Below, piece after piece: positions 45,425-54,291 of a DNA stretch of 64,000 bases (position 1 is the stretch's first letter; each line of letters begins with the position of its first letter). The position numbers and the translations under genes are program-made. Below the pieces are notes generated by a model. The model was not told where the DNA came from and made no database searches. It saw nothing but the letters and a program-made list of their open reading frames with translations. Source of the stretch: Oscillospiraceae bacterium. GTDB taxonomy: Bacteria; Bacillota; Clostridia; Oscillospirales; Ruminococcaceae. Where the stretch lies: NCBI GenBank assembly GCA_022791945.1, contig JAAVZY010000021.1, positions 3,295 through 67,294 of the forward strand. Direction: 5' to 3'.

Positions 45425-45708
45425 GGGAGGCGATTGCATGGATATTCCGATCAGATGCGGGAAGGAACAGGATTCCCGCAGGAAGGAGAAGATCTCCGGT
45501 CCCGGAAGCGTTGAGCACGGGGGATCGGGCATCCTATGAGCATTGGATGGTGCATGAGCTGCGGAAGCGGGACGGTGTTCCCGGTCTGAGCTTGACTGAG
45601 GAAACGAAACAGGCTTTCATTGGGCATATCATTTGCAGCAGGGCAGAGGTGCAGCTCTCCGACAGAGTGATTCCTGTTCCTTTATGGGAGTTTAAGGAGC
45701 GTGGGGTA

Positions 45709-46470
45709 ATGGGTAACTGGTTTACAATAGATGAAATTGACGCAAATACATATATTATCAGTGAATATCGGCATTGGGAGGAAACGCATTGCTATCTGTT
45801 AAATGGGAATATGCGAAGCCTGCTGATTGATACAGGGCTTGGCATTTCCAATATATATGAGGAAGTGCTGAAGCTTACCGATAAACCCATTACGGCGGCA
45901 GCTACGCATATTCACTGGGATCATATTGGAGGACATAAGTATTTCCCGGATTTTTATGCGCACGCTGATGAATTGGAGTGGCTGAATGGTCAATTTCCTT
46001 TATCAATCGAGACGATTAGGGAGATGGTCGCGGATCGCTGTGATTTGCCGGAAGGCTTTTGTATGGATGAATATGAATTTTTTCAGGGTATGCCGACAAA
46101 AGTGATGGCAGACCATGACATCATTGATATTGGCGGCAGGGAAATTGAAGTGCTGCATACGCCCGGACATTCTCCGGGGCACCTATGCTTTTGGGAAACA
46201 AGCAGGGGATATTTATTTACAGGTGATCTGGTTTATAAAGATACTCTGTTTGCTTATTATCCATCTACTGACCCGGACGCATACCTTGATTCCCTGGAAA
46301 AAGTTGCGGCATTGCCAGTAAAGAAAGTGTTTCCGGCACACCATTCATTGGACATAAAGCCGGAAATCCTAATTCGTATGCAGGAAGCATTTAGAAATCT
46401 TAAGGCATATGGGAAGCTTCATCATGGCAGTGGGACGTTTGACTATGGTGATTGGGGAGTATGGTTGTAA
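45709..46470 (+). CDS. MBL-fold metallo-hydrolase
   Basis: ATG at 45709 after aaggag. HxHxDH motif THIHWDHIGG and downstream HTPGHSPGH. Markedly lower GC than surrounding genes. Confidence 0.85.
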   Translation: MGNWFTIDEIDANTYIISEYRHWEETHCYLLNGNMRSLLIDTGLGISNIYEEVLKLTDKPITAAATHIHWDHIGGHKYFPDFYAHADELEWLNGQFPLSIETIREMVADRCDLPEGFCMDEYEFFQGMPTKVMADHDIIDIGGREIEVLHTPGHSPGHLCFWETSRGYLFTGDLVYKDTLFAYYPSTDPDAYLDSLEKVAALPVKKVFPAHHSLDIKPEILIRMQEAFRNLKAYGKLHHGSGTFDYGDWGVWL

Positions 46471-46603
46471 GAAGTAAGCTGCCGCAAAACGCAAATTCCT
46501 TTTGGTAATGATTGACACATGGATCATGAATCCATTAAAAGGAAAAAACAGCTGATGCAAGCCATCCGTCCAGGAGAATTCATAGGAGATTAGGAGAGAC
46601 AAC

Positions 46604-47059
46604 ATGGATGAACAGAATTATCGTTTTCAGCGTCTTGGTGAAAATGAAAGGGAGGCAGTCCGGGAGCTGTTTGTGAGTGTGTTCACAGCATCTCCCTGGA
46701 ACGACGACTGGTCTGACGAGCGTCAGCTCCGGATGTATCTTCAGGATTTGACTGGTCAAAGCAATTCCCTGACCTTCGGCTTGTACGAGGGGGAGGAGCT
46801 GATTGGCCTTTCCATGGGGCACATCCGGCATTGGTATACCGGCACGGAATACTTTATTGACGAGCTGTGCGTCCGAACCTCCAGACAGGGAAAAGGCGCA
46901 GGAACCTTTTTCATCCATCAAATTGAATCTGCCTGCCGGGAGCTGGGAATGCGGCACCTCTTCCTGCTGACGGAGCAAACCGTCCCCGCCTTTGAATTTT
47001 ACAAAAGACAAGGCTTCTACCAGCTCAAAACAAACGTCGCCTTCGCTAAGGAGCTTTAG
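46604..47059 (+). CDS. GNAT family N-acetyltransferase
   Basis: 151 aa. Acetyl-CoA motif A region RQGKGAGTFFI (R/Q-x-x-G-x-G/A) and the typical YKRQGF near the C-terminus. Confidence 0.8.
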   Translation: MDEQNYRFQRLGENEREAVRELFVSVFTASPWNDDWSDERQLRMYLQDLTGQSNSLTFGLYEGEELIGLSMGHIRHWYTGTEYFIDELCVRTSRQGKGAGTFFIHQIESACRELGMRHLFLLTEQTVPAFEFYKRQGFYQLKTNVAFAKEL

Positions 47060-47060
47060 T

Positions 47061-47693
47061 CTCTGCGTGTTCGGAAGGGCAAGGCTGCGAGACTCTGTCT
47101 CGCGGCTCTGCGGTGCGTCGTGAAACGACGCATCGGGGAGGGATTCCCATTATTTGAAGGACTTTTTAAGGGCGGAAAAAGGGGTGGGTCAAGTCTGTAC
47201 AGACTTTCGGCTTTCTGTCACGCAGAGAGTCTGATTCACGCAGGACGCTTCCTGCGCCGCACAGGAGTTTCTGCGCAAGCTCTGTACGGCGCAGAAACCC
47301 CTCCCTCACAGCGCGTCATAGACGCGCTGTGGGGGAGGGGCAGGAGCGAAGCGAACTTGGCAGAGGGGATTCCGGGCGTAGCACAGCGTTTTTTACCCCG
47401 CAGAGAGTATAAGCGCAGCAGAACACGCTCAAAACGCTCTGCGTCGTAGCCTCTGCGCCGCACGCAGGGATGAACTTTTTCTTTACGAAAAAGTGGGTAG
47501 GCGGGTGGTCGTCTCTGCGGGGAGTATCAGCGAGGCAGGCCCCCACCCCCAAAAAATTTACGGGAATCCAAGAGGATTTAGATCCCCGATGCGCCGCCAG
47601 CGGCGCATCTCAGAATTCGGCGAAGCCGAATTCCTAGGTGCGTCGTTTCACGACGCACCGCGGAGACTCGAGGACAGCGTCCTCGAGGTCTTA
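47061..47693. repeat. Mosaic multi-hairpin repeat, full copy with accessory hairpins at both ends
   Basis: tctctgcgtgttcg-gaagggcaaggctgcgagactctgtctcgcgg, gtgcgtcgtgaaacgacgcat at the left. gatgcgccgccagcggcgcatc, gaattcggcgaagccgaattc, gtgcgtcgtttcacgacgcac and ctcgaggacagcgtcctcgag at the right. Confidence 0.9.
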
Positions 47694-47705
47694 GAGGCCT
47701 TCGGG

Positions 47706-47888
47706 TCAGAAGCCACCGTGAAGCAGGATATGGGTATAGCTCTCCAGTTCGCTCCGGGAGCGGATGCTGTCGGCACGCTGGCAGATGCTGTCCTTGATAT
47801 ATTCAGGCAGGGCGTCGAAGTATTCTTCGGCGGCGTCATCCTGTTCCATCAGGCTGTAAAGGCCGTCATACTGCTTACCGCTTTTCAT
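47706..47888 (-). CDS. Small acidic hypothetical protein (60 aa)
   Basis: ATG at 47888 preceded by ggaaaggag at 8-nt spacing. The longer 216-aa ORF upstream has no RBS and odd composition. Confidence 0.5.
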   Translation of the reverse strand: MKSGKQYDGLYSLMEQDDAAEEYFDALPEYIKDSICQRADSIRSRSELESYTHILLHGGF

Positions 47889-48099
47889 TGACAGATTCTC
47901 CTTTCCGGGAACGGATGATTCCGCGCCCTTTGTCCATAGTAGTGTAGTCCCGGAACGGAAAATCATACGGCCTGCCGGCTGCTGTTCCGCTGCGAGTTTT
48001 TGCCATGAAAAACGGAACGGTAATGGGCGTTTCTGTCTGTTGGATGCGGCGCTGACGGTTTTCTGCAGAATGTACTGGTTACAGTATATGACGGAGCGA

Positions 48100-49182
48100 T
48101 CAAACGGATGCGGAGATTTTTTCCAGCAGGCGGACGTTTCCTTCCAGCCTGGAATTGGAGGGCTCCAGCTCCAGGGCCAGCCGCGCTTCTGCCAGGGCTT
48201 CTTTGAGGCGGCCGGTACGGTAAAAGGCAATGGAGCGCAGATCGTGCGGCAGGCTTCCCCATGCTTCAGCTTCGCAAATATAGCTGCGGGGACGATTGGT
48301 GATGGACAGGGCACAGCCTGTGAAGTAGAGGACGCCCTCCCATTCCTCATTTTCATACAGGAATCGGGCTAAGTCCAGATACGGCTCCCGGAGATGGGGC
48401 GCCTGGGCGATGGCGCGGAGATACCAGTCCCGGGCGGCCTGCCGCCTTCCCAGCATGGCGCTGGACAGGGCAATATACCGCATGGACGCCGCCCGTTCAT
48501 CCGCCCAGAGGGCAGTCGGCATGGAGAGATGCCGTTCCAGTGTGCGGATACAGTCCTCCCAGCGCCCCTTGTACATGTACTCCCGTCCCAGATAGTGAAC
48601 ATTCCGATCATCCTCCGGCGCTTCCGCCACCGACAGCTCCAGCAGGGGCAGATACTGTCCGCGGGATTTGGAGGGATCCGGGTGATGATCGACCTGGACG
48701 CCCTCCACTGTGATTCGGCGGGGCGACGCTTCTTCTGTCCATTCCAGCACCTCATGTACAGGGTGGATCCAGCGCCAGCCATGCCTGGAATGAATCTTTT
48801 CACTCCAGAATATCACCCCCTCCGATCCATCCGGCTTGAAGCTCCAGGTATATCTGTAGGAGGCCTGGGCGGTATCCGCTTTCCAGGCGTTTTCCAGCGC
48901 TTTCCGCCATCCGGGATGGAACACCTCGTCCAGATCAATGCAGACACAGATATCTGCGTCTTCTGGCACCAGCTCCAGAGAACGGTTCCGGGCCGTATCG
49001 AACCGCCAGGGGGAAATCTGCTCCTCGACCACCAAAGCGCCCCGTCGCTGAAGGCGATCAGCTGTATCGTCCGTGGAGCCGGTATCCAATACAACGACCT
49101 GATCCGCCTCCTGTACGGAATCCATCCATCGATCTGCAAACTGGGCTTCATTTCTGCAAATGGCGTAGACGACAACTTTCAT
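48100..49182 (-). CDS. Glycosyltransferase (GT2-like N-terminal domain) with C-terminal TPR repeats
   Basis: ATG at 49182 after ggagga. VVVYAICRNE..VVVLDTGSTDDT and CIDLDE (DxD-like) are typical of family-2-like GTs. The C-terminal ~150 aa are TPR-like. Confidence 0.7.
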   Translation of the reverse strand: MKVVVYAICRNEAQFADRWMDSVQEADQVVVLDTGSTDDTADRLQRRGALVVEEQISPWRFDTARNRSLELVPEDADICVCIDLDEVFHPGWRKALENAWKADTAQASYRYTWSFKPDGSEGVIFWSEKIHSRHGWRWIHPVHEVLEWTEEASPRRITVEGVQVDHHPDPSKSRGQYLPLLELSVAEAPEDDRNVHYLGREYMYKGRWEDCIRTLERHLSMPTALWADERAASMRYIALSSAMLGRRQAARDWYLRAIAQAPHLREPYLDLARFLYENEEWEGVLYFTGCALSITNRPRSYICEAEAWGSLPHDLRSIAFYRTGRLKEALAEARLALELEPSNSRLEGNVRLLEKISASV

Positions 49183-49270
49183 CTGAATGCATTCCTCCGA
49201 TTCCTGGAAAATCCCGGGATAAGAACAGAGGCGGACGGCGCTGTGCCGTCCGCCTCTGTGTTCCGGCCTG

Positions 49271-49996
49271 TCAGGTGGCCAGCAGTCCGGCTGCGCGCAG
49301 ATTGGCCAGAAGCTGGTTGAACTGGGTAACCACGTCGTTCTCGCCGGTAGCATCCGCAACAGCAGCTGCAGGCGTGACAGTTCCGGCAGGCCCGGTCGGT
49401 CCGGTAGGCCCTTCCGCGCCAGGAGCACCGGCAGCGCCGGGAGTACCGGCAGGCCCAGTCGGCCCGGTAGGCCCTTCCGCACCAGGAGCGCCAGCAGCGC
49501 CGGGAGCACCGGCAGGCCCAGTCGGCCCGGTAGGCCCTTCCGCGCCAGGAGCACCGGCAGGCCCGGTCGGCCCGGTAGGCCCTTCCGCGCCAGGAGCGCC
49601 AGCAGCGCCGGGAGCACCGGCAGGCCCGGTCGGTCCGGTAGGCCCTTCCGCGCCAGGAGCGCCAGCAGCGCCGGGAGCACCGGCAGGCCCAGTCGGCCCG
49701 GTAGGCCCTTCCGCACCGGGAACACCAGCGGGTCCGGTAGGACCGGTCGCACCAGGAGCGCCTGCCGGCCCGGTGGGACCAGCAGCGCCGGCAGGACCAG
49801 CAGGTCCGGTTGCGCCGATAGCGCCGGTGGTTCCTGTTGCGCCGTTTGCACCGGCAGGGCCGGTCGGTCCGGCAGGCCCAGCGGGACCCGCTGCACCGGC
49901 AGGGCCGGTCGGTCCGGTGGGGCCAGGGCAGCAGGCGCCGCAGCAGCAGGTAAGGCAGGCAGGAGGAACCGGCTTATCACAGCAATCGCATACATT
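49271..49996 (-). CDS. Collagen-like (G-X-Y) triple-helix repeat protein with Cys-rich N-terminus; start codon unresolved
   Basis: This - strand frame reads [25 protein letters not shown], then ~190 aa of strict G-X-Y ([21 protein letters not shown]..), then [36 protein letters not shown]. It is bounded upstream by TGA at 49997-49999 and has no ATG/GTG/TTG before the last 20 codons. Confidence 0.6.
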   Translation of the reverse strand, partial: NVCDCCDKPVPPACLTCCCGACCPGPTGPTGPAGAAGPAGPAGPTGPAGANGATGTTGAIGATGPAGPAGAAGPTGPAGAPGATGPTGPAGVPGAEGPTGPTGPAGAPGAAGAPGAEGPTGPTGPAGAPGAAGAPGAEGPTGPTGPAGAPGAEGPTGPTGPAGAPGAAGAPGAEGPTGPTGPAGTPGAAGAPGAEGPTGPTGPAGTVTPAAAVADATGENDVVTQFNQLLANLRAAGLLAT

Positions 49997-50130
49997 TCAG
50001 TAATGTATTTCCTCCAAATTCTTTATAGCCCCTCTCAACCCTGCAAATCCCCATGTATACTGCCTTTAAGCGGAATTGCAATTTCTTAGAAGCACACGCA
50101 TCTTTCTGTATTTCTACATAAGTTTCCGGC

Positions 50131-50154
50131 TAAATGGTGTAGTAAATGGTGTAG
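50131..50154. promoter_or_regulatory. Perfect 12-bp tandem direct repeat, candidate integrase arm-type binding sites
   Basis: taaatggtgtag occurs twice in tandem (50131-50142 and 50143-50154), ~70 bp beyond the 3' end of int. Confidence 0.45.
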
Positions 50155-50225
50155 CAGAATGGAATGAAACGGATGTAACCTGGTACTGCCCCATTTAGCG
50201 AAGCAAGAGCAGCACCAACCGGCCT

Positions 50226-51431
50226 TCAGCTTGACTTTTTCCGGCTCATTTGCTTGTCCAGTTCCTTAAAGTCCATAATTCGGAACATCTGCTCGGCAGC
50301 ATGGTCGAAGCTGGCGTGGGTGTAGACATTCAGAGTGACTCCCACATTGGAATGTCCCATAATATACTGAAGCGTCTTCACGTCCATTCCGGCATTGGCC
50401 ATATTCGTGCAAAAGGTATGACGAAACACATGAGGGGATACATGGGGCAGGGGATGCTCTGGATATCGCTTTTTGTAGGCGTCTCTTGCGAAACGAACGA
50501 TGTTCTCAATATCCATAGCCACTCTGGGCCTTCCGTCTTTGCCAATCAAAAGGAACCCGGTATATCCGTCCACGGGAACTTCGATTTTGACTTTTCTGCG
50601 GTCTGCAAGGATATTTTGCAGGCTTTGACATACATCGTTGGTCATGGGAATAAACCGCAGTCCACATTGGGTTTTGGTTTTTTCAATATACAGCTTACCG
50701 GAACCACCGCGTTCACGCAAAAGCTGATGGTCTACGCAAATCCTTCGATGCTCAAAATCCAGATCCTTTTTCGTCAGCCCGCAAAACTCACTGACACGCA
50801 TTCCGGTTCCCAGGAGCACAACGAAGATATCATAATGCTTTGAAAAGCGGTTGTCTTCCCGGATAAAATCCATCCAGACTTTTTGCTGTTCCGGCGTCAG
50901 GGCGGCACGCTGTTTGGAATCGTTCGGAATAATATCAGCCAAATTGAAATCAAAAGGATTCCTTTGGATTGCATCTTCATTACAGGCCATTTGAAAGGCG
51001 GATTTGACCATGCTGCGGATATGACTGATGGTGTTGAACCCTTTTCCGGATTCATTGAGATCGATCATCCATTTCTGCGCGTCGGACATTTTTATATCCC
51101 GGATGCTGCGCAGGCTGAATTCATCGCTGCGCAGCAGCTTCAGCGTACACTGATAGACATACTTTGTACCCTGACGAACCCCCTTTTTTAGGCCGATGTA
51201 CCGCTCTACAAGAGCGCGCACCGTTATTTCTCCGGCAGCATAGTCAATCCCTTCGTCCAGATTTTTTTGAATCACCTTTTCCTTTTCCCGCAGCTCCTTC
51301 AAATCAGAGGAGTACACTGTCTGTCGTTTTCCATGAACATCCATGTAGCGGTATTGGTAAATCAGATCTTTTCTTTGACTCTCTCCTGTCCGTAAGACCC
51401 GTCCTTTGCTGTCTTTACGGTTTTGGCTCAT
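50226..51431 (-). CDS. int: Tyrosine site-specific recombinase (Tn916-family integrase)
   Basis: ATG at 51431 after ggaaaggag. C-terminal catalytic region HVFRHTFCTNMANAGMDVKTLQYIMGHSNVGVTLNVYTH (R..HxxR..Y). The N-terminus KDSKGRVLRTGESQRKDLIYQYRY resembles an arm-binding domain. Confidence 0.9.
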   Translation of the reverse strand: MSQNRKDSKGRVLRTGESQRKDLIYQYRYMDVHGKRQTVYSSDLKELREKEKVIQKNLDEGIDYAAGEITVRALVERYIGLKKGVRQGTKYVYQCTLKLLRSDEFSLRSIRDIKMSDAQKWMIDLNESGKGFNTISHIRSMVKSAFQMACNEDAIQRNPFDFNLADIIPNDSKQRAALTPEQQKVWMDFIREDNRFSKHYDIFVVLLGTGMRVSEFCGLTKKDLDFEHRRICVDHQLLRERGGSGKLYIEKTKTQCGLRFIPMTNDVCQSLQNILADRRKVKIEVPVDGYTGFLLIGKDGRPRVAMDIENIVRFARDAYKKRYPEHPLPHVSPHVFRHTFCTNMANAGMDVKTLQYIMGHSNVGVTLNVYTHASFDHAAEQMFRIMDFKELDKQMSRKKSS

Positions 51432-51515
51432 GCTGTAACTCCTTTCCTGTATGGAAAGAGCCCTGATATGACACCTTTGTTGTACCATATCAGGGCTCAT
51501 GTTGAAAACCGAATT

Positions 51516-51710
51516 TTAGATGGAATACTCCCGTTCTATGTACTGGTCCAATAAACGGCGCTTAATCAGCCGCTTATTGCCAACCCACAGAACGAACCGA
51601 CAGTTTTTTTCGTTTGAGAGCTCACGCAGTTTATTGATGCCGATTCCGGAATAGGCGGCGGCCTCCTCCAGGGTTAAATTGCTCTTTTCCCAAATAGGGA
51701 CTTCTTTCAT
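51516..51710 (-). CDS. xis: Excisionase / MerR-like HTH (Tn916 Xis-like)
   Basis: 64 aa. IWEKSNLTLEEAAAYSGIGINKLRELS parallels Tn916 Xis ([27 protein letters not shown]). Lies directly upstream of int. Confidence 0.85.
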   Translation of the reverse strand: MKEVPIWEKSNLTLEEAAAYSGIGINKLRELSNEKNCRFVLWVGNKRLIKRRLLDQYIEREYSI

Positions 51711-51874
51711 AAGCGCCTCCTCCTTTTCAAATTCGTTCCAGCCTTGACAATGTACAGGAGATCAGCTTCTGCCCATACCGGTCGAAGATAATAGTAGCCA
51801 TCCAATCCCTGTCAAGGGCTTGGCTTCGCACCCGATCTCCGGGGGATGAACAGGGGGGCGTGCCCACCACGGTA

Positions 51875-52480
51875 TTACTGATCGAACGTGGAAGCTTTTC
51901 TGGCCCTCTGGGCCGCCTGATTCAGGGTGAGATCTCGAAAAGCATCAGGGATCTCTTCGATGAACTGAGAAGGCCCCCGAAGAAGGATTTGCCGGCCAGC
52001 ATCTGGCAGGGGATAGGGCCTTCATCATACCGCGCTCCAGCACCTGGGACTGAGCGTTCGTCCAGCTCATCCTCCGCTTATAGCAATCTTCAAAAATAGC
52101 CTCTCTACAAGCCGCAGAAGGCTTTGGTATAATGGGCTTCTGCGGCGTATTGAAATATTGCTATTTTTGAAGATTGCTATAATATAAATGGATTTTGACG
52201 CCCTGGCTGTTGTCGGTCCAGAGGGTCTTGCCTTGGCGGGTCCGATTCTTGGCGATCACGGCATTGGCCGCATTCAGAATGGTAGACGTGCTCCGATAGT
52301 TCTGCTCCAGACGGAAAACACGGGTCCCTTGGTATCCTGGTATTCATCTACCATTATATATTGGCAGCGTTCCTGATATGTCTCCAGTACCTTTGGGCAC
52401 TGGAGGAACAGGGTGACGGTATGCACAATGAGATCGTCAAAATCCAGGGCATTGGAAAGAATGAGCCGTTCCCCGAAAAG
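51875..52480 (-). pseudogene. UvrD/PcrA-like helicase remnant (multiple frameshifts and internal deletions)
   Basis: - strand fragments in different frames: [17 protein letters not shown]; [36 protein letters not shown]; WTNAQSQVLE; IPCQMLAGKSFF; PSQFIEEIPDAF..*. Confidence 0.8.
52079..52181. repeat. 103-bp nested inverted-repeat element inside the helicase remnant
   Basis: 22-bp perfect arms tatagcaatcttcaaaaatagc (52079-52100) and gctatttttgaagattgctata (52160-52181). They enclose a second hairpin gccgcagaag (52111-52120) / cttctgcggc (52137-52146) whose loop contains tggtataat. Confidence 0.85.
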
Positions 52481-52537
52481 CGGAGAGAAAAATAGGAGAA
52501 ACCCTGGAATGATTGGTGTGGTATATGATACCAGTGG

Positions 52538-52960
52538 TTAGGCAACGGAGTGGCAAAGTTCCGCCTCGAAACGAGAGGGAGGAATCCAACCCAGAGCAGA
52601 GTGAGGGCGGCGGGTATTGTAGAAAGACTCCAAATAGGCAAACACATCGCACTGCGCCGCAGACCTGGTGGGATACTGCCTCAGGTGAATCCGCTCACAC
52701 TTAAGACAGCTGAAGAAGTTTTCGGCAACGGCGTTATCGTAGGGATCACCTCTGCGGGACATGCTCTGGCGGATACCATAGGCCACCAGCCGTTCCCGAC
52801 AGGCCCTGGACGCATACTGCACACCCCGGTCACTGTGGAAGATAAGCCCATTTGGAGGCTTGCGGCCGCGGTATGCTATTTCCGGGGCCGTAAGCGCCAG
52901 CTGCGTGTCGATCCGCTCTGAGGGCCTGTTCAAAATCTCCGGGCGCAGCGTCTGAAAGGC
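52538..52960 (-). pseudogene. IS3-family transposase C-terminal (rve/DDE) fragment
   Basis: HSDRGVQYAS..RRGDPYDNAVAENFF..LK.E..Y.TR..A...VF.YLE.FYN.RRPHSALG is the IS3 integrase-core signature. The N-terminal half and orfA are absent. Confidence 0.85.
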
Positions 52961-53189
52961 GCTTTTTCCGCACAGACGGCGTCAAAAATGCTCGGAATCC
53001 ACAAAGGATTCCTCCGCTTTTTTCCTTGCTGTGCAAAAAACTCCCCTTCCCTTCGCCCCACCCGGAGCTCTTAAACAGGCTCTGAGAATGCGTACCACAC
53101 AATGTTTTTTGCCCCTTTCCTTTCCAGCTTACAATTCATTTCTCTGTCCGTCAATATGGCTATGGGGGCAGATCGTATAGCCGTATACA

Positions 53190-53700
53190 ACCTCTGAGTC
53201 GCTGGAGCTTCTCTATCAGGCGATTCGTCTGACAATCCCATCTTTTCAAATTGAGACTATAGCAATGAATTTCCTTTACACGGAGGAATTGACCGTAATC
53301 ATTGATATTGCGGCAACCTATTCCGAACAGAAAAATTATGAAATGTCCCTGATGATCTATGCACAGCTAATGGAATATGTTGAGCAACATTGCATCTCCA
53401 TGGAAGAGACAACCCGAATAGTCCCACTGATTACATATAACTATTGAAATGATCTGGAAGAAATCGGTGATTATGCAAAAGCGATCGAAATCTGTGAACT
53501 TGGGTGGAACTATTGCGTATCATATGGAAAAATACAGCTTTTAAACATAACTTATGGCGACTGAGGGAAGTGCGCTACATAAACTGGGGAATAAGGAAGA
53601 AGCATATCAGGTTTTGTCAGATGCCTGTTCATTTCTCCGTATGGTAGGCAAGACGGAAAAATGGGAGTTCCTCAAAAAGTATACTCAACATCTATTTTAA
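53190..53700 (+). pseudogene. RNPP/XRE-TPR-type regulator 3' fragment interrupted by stops
   Basis: TPR-like segments LELLYQAIRL..IIDIAATYSEQKNYEMSLMIYAQLMEYV, then GDYAKAIEICELGW and NKEEAYQVLSDACSFL, lie in shifted frames separated by stop codons. Low-GC region. Confidence 0.55.
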
Positions 53701-53959
53701 GAAAGGAATATTATTGTGTTTCTTTTTCGGGCGGAAATGGTCCCTGAGGCCGAGCACCTTCTTCCTTAGGATCGGGATCAATTGGATCAAGTGGCGTATC
53801 AGGATCTTTGGGAGCGGGAGCTTCTGGGTCAACTGGTTCGCTTATCCCAGTTGATGTTGTGCATGCTCCTTCACCAGAAGGAGGGATGTCATCCGAAGAA
53901 GATGCGAATACGCTTCCTGTGATTCCGCTAGACGCAATTGCAAGCGTCAACACTATCAC

Positions 53960-54120
53960 ATGAAAAAGGCAAAGGAGCTGGATGACAACAGCCAGACGAA
54001 GTCAGACAAAAAAGACGCACTGACGATAGTGAGACTGGTGAAAGATGAAAGATACTCCGAGGAGCGATTGCCTATATTGAAAAAGACGGGGGCGGTCCCG
54101 AAAATAATCACACCCACAGC
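53960..54120 (+). pseudogene. IS110-family transposase N-terminal fragment
   Basis: KSDKKDALTIVRLVKDERYSE resembles the conserved KTDKxDAxxIAxLxxxG segment of IS110 transposases. It continues into unrelated sequence. Confidence 0.5.
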
Positions 54121-54126
54121 GACAAT

Positions 54127-54291
54127 CACATTTTTGTTGTTGCCGATGGTGAGGTGAAGATTATTTCCGGTGATCAGGAAATTATCGCGGGTAAGGATCA
54201 ATCCATGTTTGTAGACGGAATGATCCCTCACTCCATTTGGAATAACGGCGACAAAACCGCTGTGGTTATCAAAATTTCAACTGAGCGATGA
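54127..54291 (+). pseudogene. Cupin-domain C-terminal fragment
   Basis: HIFVVADGEVKIISGDQEIIAGKDQSMFVDGMIPHSIWNNGDKTAVVIKISTER* matches cupin motif 2. There is no start and no motif 1 upstream. Confidence 0.55.

Noticed and set aside
43748-45532. 594-aa - strand ORF antisense to the FAD-dependent oxidoreductase, and 38228-39619 antisense to the solute-binding protein
   Set aside because: Same shadow-ORF logic. The sense strands carry the GxGxxG motif and the lipobox/SBP features. The antisense products lack motifs and RBS.
47889-48356. Upstream 156 codons of the 216-aa ORF 47706-48356 (- strand)
   Set aside because: This part overlaps the 3' end of the GT-TPR gene region in another frame. 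Its composition is odd (Cys/Pro/Ala-rich) and there is no RBS. Only the last 60 codons follow a strong GGAAAGGAG RBS.
48100-49995. 631-aa ORF fusing a Pro/Leu/Ala-rich N-terminal half to the glycosyltransferase
   Set aside because: The first ~270 codons are the collagen repeat read in the wrong frame ([17 protein letters not shown]...), which stays open only because stop codons are rare in this GC-rich triplet repeat. The GT has its own ATG at 49182 with a GGAGGA RBS. The true G-X-Y frame ends at 49271.
49275-50003. 242-aa + strand ORF ([14 protein letters not shown]...) across the collagen repeat
   Set aside because: Glycine is not maintained at every third residue in this frame, whereas the - strand frame is strict G-X-Y. 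The ORF has no RBS and would run head-on into the GT operon. It is a mirror artefact of the triplet repeat.
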